Shown one piece after another: positions 57,454 to 64,000 of a stretch of DNA of 64,000 nucleotides (position 1 is the stretch's first letter; each line of letters starts with the position of its first letter). Source of the DNA: a virus (Duplodnaviria; Caudoviricetes); the IMG/VR virus record IMGVR_UViG_3300032244_000223, positions 43,197-107,196 of that record; one strand, given 5' to 3'. The position numbers were made by a program, and so were the translations under genes. Under the pieces are notes generated by a model. The model was not told the DNA's origin. It made no database searches and saw nothing but the letters and a program-made list of their open reading frames with translations.

Positions 57454-58385
57454 GGCTTCACCCAGAGGGTCCCTTCGGGGTAGTCAGCGGCGACCGGGGT
57501 ACCGGAGGACACCAGCACGGTGGCGAAGGGGAGTCCGACGCTGTGCATCACGGCGGTGGTGTCACTGGTGGGGGCCAGGGTGATGGAGTCACCTGCCACC
57601 GTCGTCGCGCTGTTGTACAGGTCGACGTAGGCCGTCGTGGAGCCGAACAGCGAGAGCCGGGAAGCGTTGGTTCCGGTGCCGAGGACGGCCACACCGCCGC
57701 GCACGGTGGTGCCGGTGAGAGCACCGCCCGTGATGGCACCGCTGCCGGTGTTGACGGACGTGGCGGTGACCGCACCGAGGGAGGAGGCACCGCCAGCCAG
57801 AGTGCCGACCGTGGCCTGCCCAGTCACGTGCAGCGAACCGGACTCCACCAGGCCCGCACCGGCATCGACGCTGGTGGCGGTGATCGCACCCAGCGAGGCC
57901 GCTGAGGCAGAGAGCGGGAGGCTGGAGAGGAGATGGGTGCTGTTGGTGGTCAGCGTGGCGGTGGCTGCACCGGTCTTGAGCAGCACGGAGGACCCGGTGA
58001 CGATGAGGTTCCGGTTGGCACCGAGGACCGCCTGCCCCGTCTCCAGGGTGATGGCGTTCGAAGAGTCAGTGCTGATCCGCATGCCGAACCCGGCAGCACT
58101 GTCATCGAAGTCGGCGTGCTTGAAGGCGTTGACCTGCCGCCACGCCCCGGTGGAGTCGATGTATTCGATGCTGTCGGTCTGCGTGACGTACGCAGCCTGG
58201 CCTGCGGTGGGCGAGGGGATGGAGAGGGACGGCCCCAGGGCCGTGATCTTCAACCCCGTGGTGGAGAACCGGAGGATGGATCGCCGCTGGAGGTAGTCGG
58301 CATCTTCCGCACGCCAGTTGTCGGTGTTGTCCGTCCAGACGGCCAGCGTGTCGGAACTCGGGAGTGTTGCTCCAGGCATTGTCAT
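57450..58385 (-). CDS. fibre-like virion protein
   Basis: P..GQ.AY..., SLGA.TATSV repeats, C-terminal GTLW. Confidence 0.7.
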   Translation of the reverse strand: MTMPGATLPSSDTLAVWTDNTDNWRAEDADYLQRRSILRFSTTGLKITALGPSLSIPSPTAGQAAYVTQTDSIEYIDSTGAWRQVNAFKHADFDDSAAGFGMRISTDSSNAITLETGQAVLGANRNLIVTGSSVLLKTGAATATLTTNSTHLLSSLPLSASAASLGAITATSVDAGAGLVESGSLHVTGQATVGTLAGGASSLGAVTATSVNTGSGAITGGALTGTTVRGGVAVLGTGTNASRLSLFGSTTAYVDLYNSATTVAGDSITLAPTSDTTAVMHSVGLPFATVLVSSGTPVAADYPEGTLWVKP

Positions 58386-58407
58386 ACCCTCCTATGCGGC
58401 AAGGTTA

Positions 58408-58878
58408 CTACGCAACCCACTCCTGGCCCAGCAACACCCATTCCGTGCCGTTCCACACCCGCCGAACAGCCCATTGCCCGGTGGTGGTCGTGGGGGGAGA
58501 GGTCACCACGGGAGATTCAGTCCAGGTGGTTCCGTCCCACTGCTTCTCGGTGACCCACTGTCCTTCGACCGAGTACGGGCCGATCCTCAGCGGGGAGAAC
58601 GTGACCCACTGCGACCCATCCCATTGCTTGGTGGTATAGGAGCCGTCCAGCCGCCAGACAGTGTGATAGTTCGTGAACCGAGTTTCAATCTCGGGGTCGA
58701 ACATCCTGGCAAGGGCGAACGCCGTGAAGGGATAGACCCGGCCACCACCCCGAGTCTCGGGGAGGAAGGCTTCGGCCAGGGCCTCGGCCACGTCGGCTGC
58801 GATGTCCGTGCCAATCGACCACCCGGCGAAAGGGTGTCGACCGAACTGGAACGAGCCGAGTGACCAGGGGGTGTTCAT
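58408..58878 (-). CDS. virion accessory protein with W(D/N)GxxW repeats
   Basis: KQWDGSQW, KQWDGTTW, RVWNGTEW. Confidence 0.6.
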   Translation of the reverse strand: MNTPWSLGSFQFGRHPFAGWSIGTDIAADVAEALAEAFLPETRGGGRVYPFTAFALARMFDPEIETRFTNYHTVWRLDGSYTTKQWDGSQWVTFSPLRIGPYSVEGQWVTEKQWDGTTWTESPVVTSPPTTTTGQWAVRRVWNGTEWVLLGQEWVA

Positions 58879-60431
58879 GTGTCCTCCGAGACATCCCCAC
58901 GGTACCAGGCCAAGTTTCGCTGGAGCCGCTCATCGTCGGGGGCCAACTTCACCGCTTCCTCACCGTAGGACATCGCCAGTTCGGGGTTCTCCAGGTTCCA
59001 GGCAGCAATGGCTGCCAGATCGTAAGGGAGGTATCCCCACGCCTCGGGGTCAGTCATGTAGTCGAGGGACGGCGTGTCCCTGGAGAGTGCGTGCTCTGCG
59101 GCGGCGAGGCACTGCTTCCAGTCCTGCTGCTCATACCAGTACTTGGCCAACTCCACCCAGTTCTCACGTCGGCTCATGTCGGTGGACAGGGCAGAGAAGA
59201 CCCACTTCCCCCGGTCCTCGCCGGGGATGCGGCTGAGGTACAGCATGCTGCGGGCGCGTTCTGCCGCCCACTGAGCGGTGGGCAGGGCCAGGTGACGCTT
59301 GAACTCCGCAGCAGCCTCCTCGTACTGGCCGGTGAAGAAGTACTCCCTAGCCAGGTAGTGAGCGTTGCGGTCGTCGTTGGGCCGCTCCTTCGCCGCCAGT
59401 TCCAGCAGCGGGAAGTACTGGCCACGGGACTTGGTCGGGTCGGGGTGGTGGTGAATCTCCAGACCAATGATGGCCTGCAACTCCGGTACGGAGGGGGTCA
59501 GCACTTCGTGGACCGGGTGGACCCACCGGTAGTTGTGCCGGGTGTGGACCTTGTCCCCGAAGTAGGTGACACCTGGGGAACCATCCCCCGTCCACGACCA
59601 CACATAGCGGTACCGAGGTCGGGTGACACCCTCGGGGATGTTGTCCATGTAGGGACGCCACCCCGGTACCAGCACCTCGTCAGCATCCAGGGCGATGCAC
59701 CAGTCGGTATCGCTCGGAAGCAGGGCGAGTGAGGCGTTGCGGGCGTCATCGAAACGCCATGGCGAGACGGTGATCTGGTGGACGATGCAGCCAACGGCAC
59801 GTGCCACTTCGATGGTGTTGTCGGTGGAGCCGGTGTCGACCACCACCCGGTAGTCAGCCTGGGCAGCACTTTCGGCCCAGCGAGCGATGAACTGCTCTTC
59901 GTTCTTGGTGATGCAGTAGACGGCGACCTTGTGTCGCCGTGCGGGGGCCAGACCGGAGCAGAACATCAGCCCAATGCGATCCTTCTCAACGAAGGAGTCC
60001 ACCCCCGGCCACCCCTGGACTTCTTCGGCAGTGAGCGTGACCCGATGCGTCTCATAGGGGTTGCCCTCCTCCTCCCCCTGGGGCCACTCACCGAGGGGCA
60101 CCTGGACGATGACCTTGCAGGCCACCTCTCGCACTCGCTCGTAGAGGGCGAGTGGATTGTCGGTGTGCTCCAGCACGTCACCCAGGATGGCTACGTCGTA
60201 GGGGCCACCGAGGTCCACTTTGGTGGCGTCGCCCACGATCATCCGATACCGGGCTTCCAGCCCGAAGCGTTCGACGTACGGCTCCCACACTTCGATGCCT
60301 GTCCAGTCGGCGGCGGGGTACACCTCCTGCCACACCCCGGCCCCGACACCCACGTCCAGAGCGGTACGAGGGCACAGTGCAGAGAGGTAATCCTGCGCCG
60401 CTTGGCGATGGGATGAGTAGGACCACGGCAT
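58875..60431 (-). CDS. SAM methyltransferase - GT2 glycosyltransferase - TPR fusion
   Basis: LDVGVGAG...GIE...DVLEH; KNEE, VDTGSTD, RN, LDADE, VHE; TPR-like C-terminus. Confidence 0.88.
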   Translation of the reverse strand: MPWSYSSHRQAAQDYLSALCPRTALDVGVGAGVWQEVYPAADWTGIEVWEPYVERFGLEARYRMIVGDATKVDLGGPYDVAILGDVLEHTDNPLALYERVREVACKVIVQVPLGEWPQGEEEGNPYETHRVTLTAEEVQGWPGVDSFVEKDRIGLMFCSGLAPARRHKVAVYCITKNEEQFIARWAESAAQADYRVVVDTGSTDNTIEVARAVGCIVHQITVSPWRFDDARNASLALLPSDTDWCIALDADEVLVPGWRPYMDNIPEGVTRPRYRYVWSWTGDGSPGVTYFGDKVHTRHNYRWVHPVHEVLTPSVPELQAIIGLEIHHHPDPTKSRGQYFPLLELAAKERPNDDRNAHYLAREYFFTGQYEEAAAEFKRHLALPTAQWAAERARSMLYLSRIPGEDRGKWVFSALSTDMSRRENWVELAKYWYEQQDWKQCLAAAEHALSRDTPSLDYMTDPEAWGYLPYDLAAIAAWNLENPELAMSYGEEAVKLAPDDERLQRNLAWYRGDVSEDT

Positions 60432-60991
60432 CAGACGGTCCACCTGACCCACACCTGCAAGCCCATCTCCAGCAGCGTGCACTGGGTCCGGTACTGGGAG
60501 AGGAAGATGTCGATGCCCGCTTGGGGGCGGTCAGCCACCGGCAGGGACAGGCCCCAGGTGTAGTCATCGAAGGCGATGATCCCTCCTGGCTTGAGGGAGC
60601 GGGCGGCGTGGATGCCGTCAGTGAGAACCTGGGCGGCGGTGTGCGCTCCGTCGATGTAGATGAAGTCGAACAGGGCCTCGTTGTGGGCGAAGAAGTCGTC
60701 TGACGTGGTCTTGCACTTGATGACCCGGTCGCTGTAGGGGGCCATCCGCTCGTCGTAGGAGCGTTCCACATCGGCCCAATCGAACACCTCATGGGCCTCT
60801 TCGGCAGAGCCTTCCCACGTGTCCACGTCGAAGATGACACCCTCGGGGAACTGCCGCAACAGCCACTCGGAAGCGTGGCCGACGAAGGCACCGATCTGCA
60901 AGAAGCGAGGCTGTGCGGGCATCTCCGTCAGGAACTGGGAGAAGTTGAGGTCAGCCCCGACCTGCTTGAACCAGTTGGGATAACTCGGCAT
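60431..60991 (-). CDS. class I SAM-dependent methyltransferase (Methyltransf_24-like)
   Basis: LQIGAFVG.AS, VDTW.GS, DFIYIDGAH, LKPGGIIAFDDY. Confidence 0.88.
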   Translation of the reverse strand: MPSYPNWFKQVGADLNFSQFLTEMPAQPRFLQIGAFVGHASEWLLRQFPEGVIFDVDTWEGSAEEAHEVFDWADVERSYDERMAPYSDRVIKCKTTSDDFFAHNEALFDFIYIDGAHTAAQVLTDGIHAARSLKPGGIIAFDDYTWGLSLPVADRPQAGIDIFLSQYRTQCTLLEMGLQVWVRWTV

Positions 60992-61032
60992 ACGGGGGAG
61001 TGTAGCCATGTAAAGGGAACGGAACCCCTACT

Positions 61033-64000
<2,968 letters not shown>

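Overview
This window is a 64-kb piece of a large, high-GC (roughly 65% by eye) tailed dsDNA phage with a contractile tail. The host is probably an Actinobacterium, inferred from GC content, leaderless-type promoters and peptidoglycan-hydrolase content. Almost all genes are on the minus strand. From right to left: (i) a collagen-like GPT/GAT-repeat fibre gene (5'-truncated) followed by a SAM methyltransferase and a methyltransferase-GT2-TPR glycosyltransferase fusion; (ii) a contractile-tail module: sheath, tube, +1-frameshifted chaperone, tape measure with M15 peptidase and SLT domains, NlpC/P60 protein, hub, gp25, baseplate J, wedge and FN3 tail protein; (iii) a replication module: initiator with an internal iteron/DnaA-box origin, degenerate loader, DnaB, primase, SNF2 helicase, SSB and PolA, with a divergent dps gene; (iv) a recombination module: RecA, Cas4-like nuclease, two resolvase-like nucleases and UvsY-like protein, followed by SpoVS; (v) a second collagen fibre whose N-terminus looks like the gp5/VgrG OB-fold spike missing from the baseplate module; (vi) an accessory block with an HNH endonuclease, a frameshift-split gene, ART-like, zincin, GNAT, AP2 and degenerate TGT/HAD-like proteins; (vii) a highly structured ~260-nt intergenic element facing a short plus-strand gene block. 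No tRNA, rRNA, CRISPR array, integrase, capsid or terminase gene was seen. All calls come from reading motifs by eye; no searches were run.
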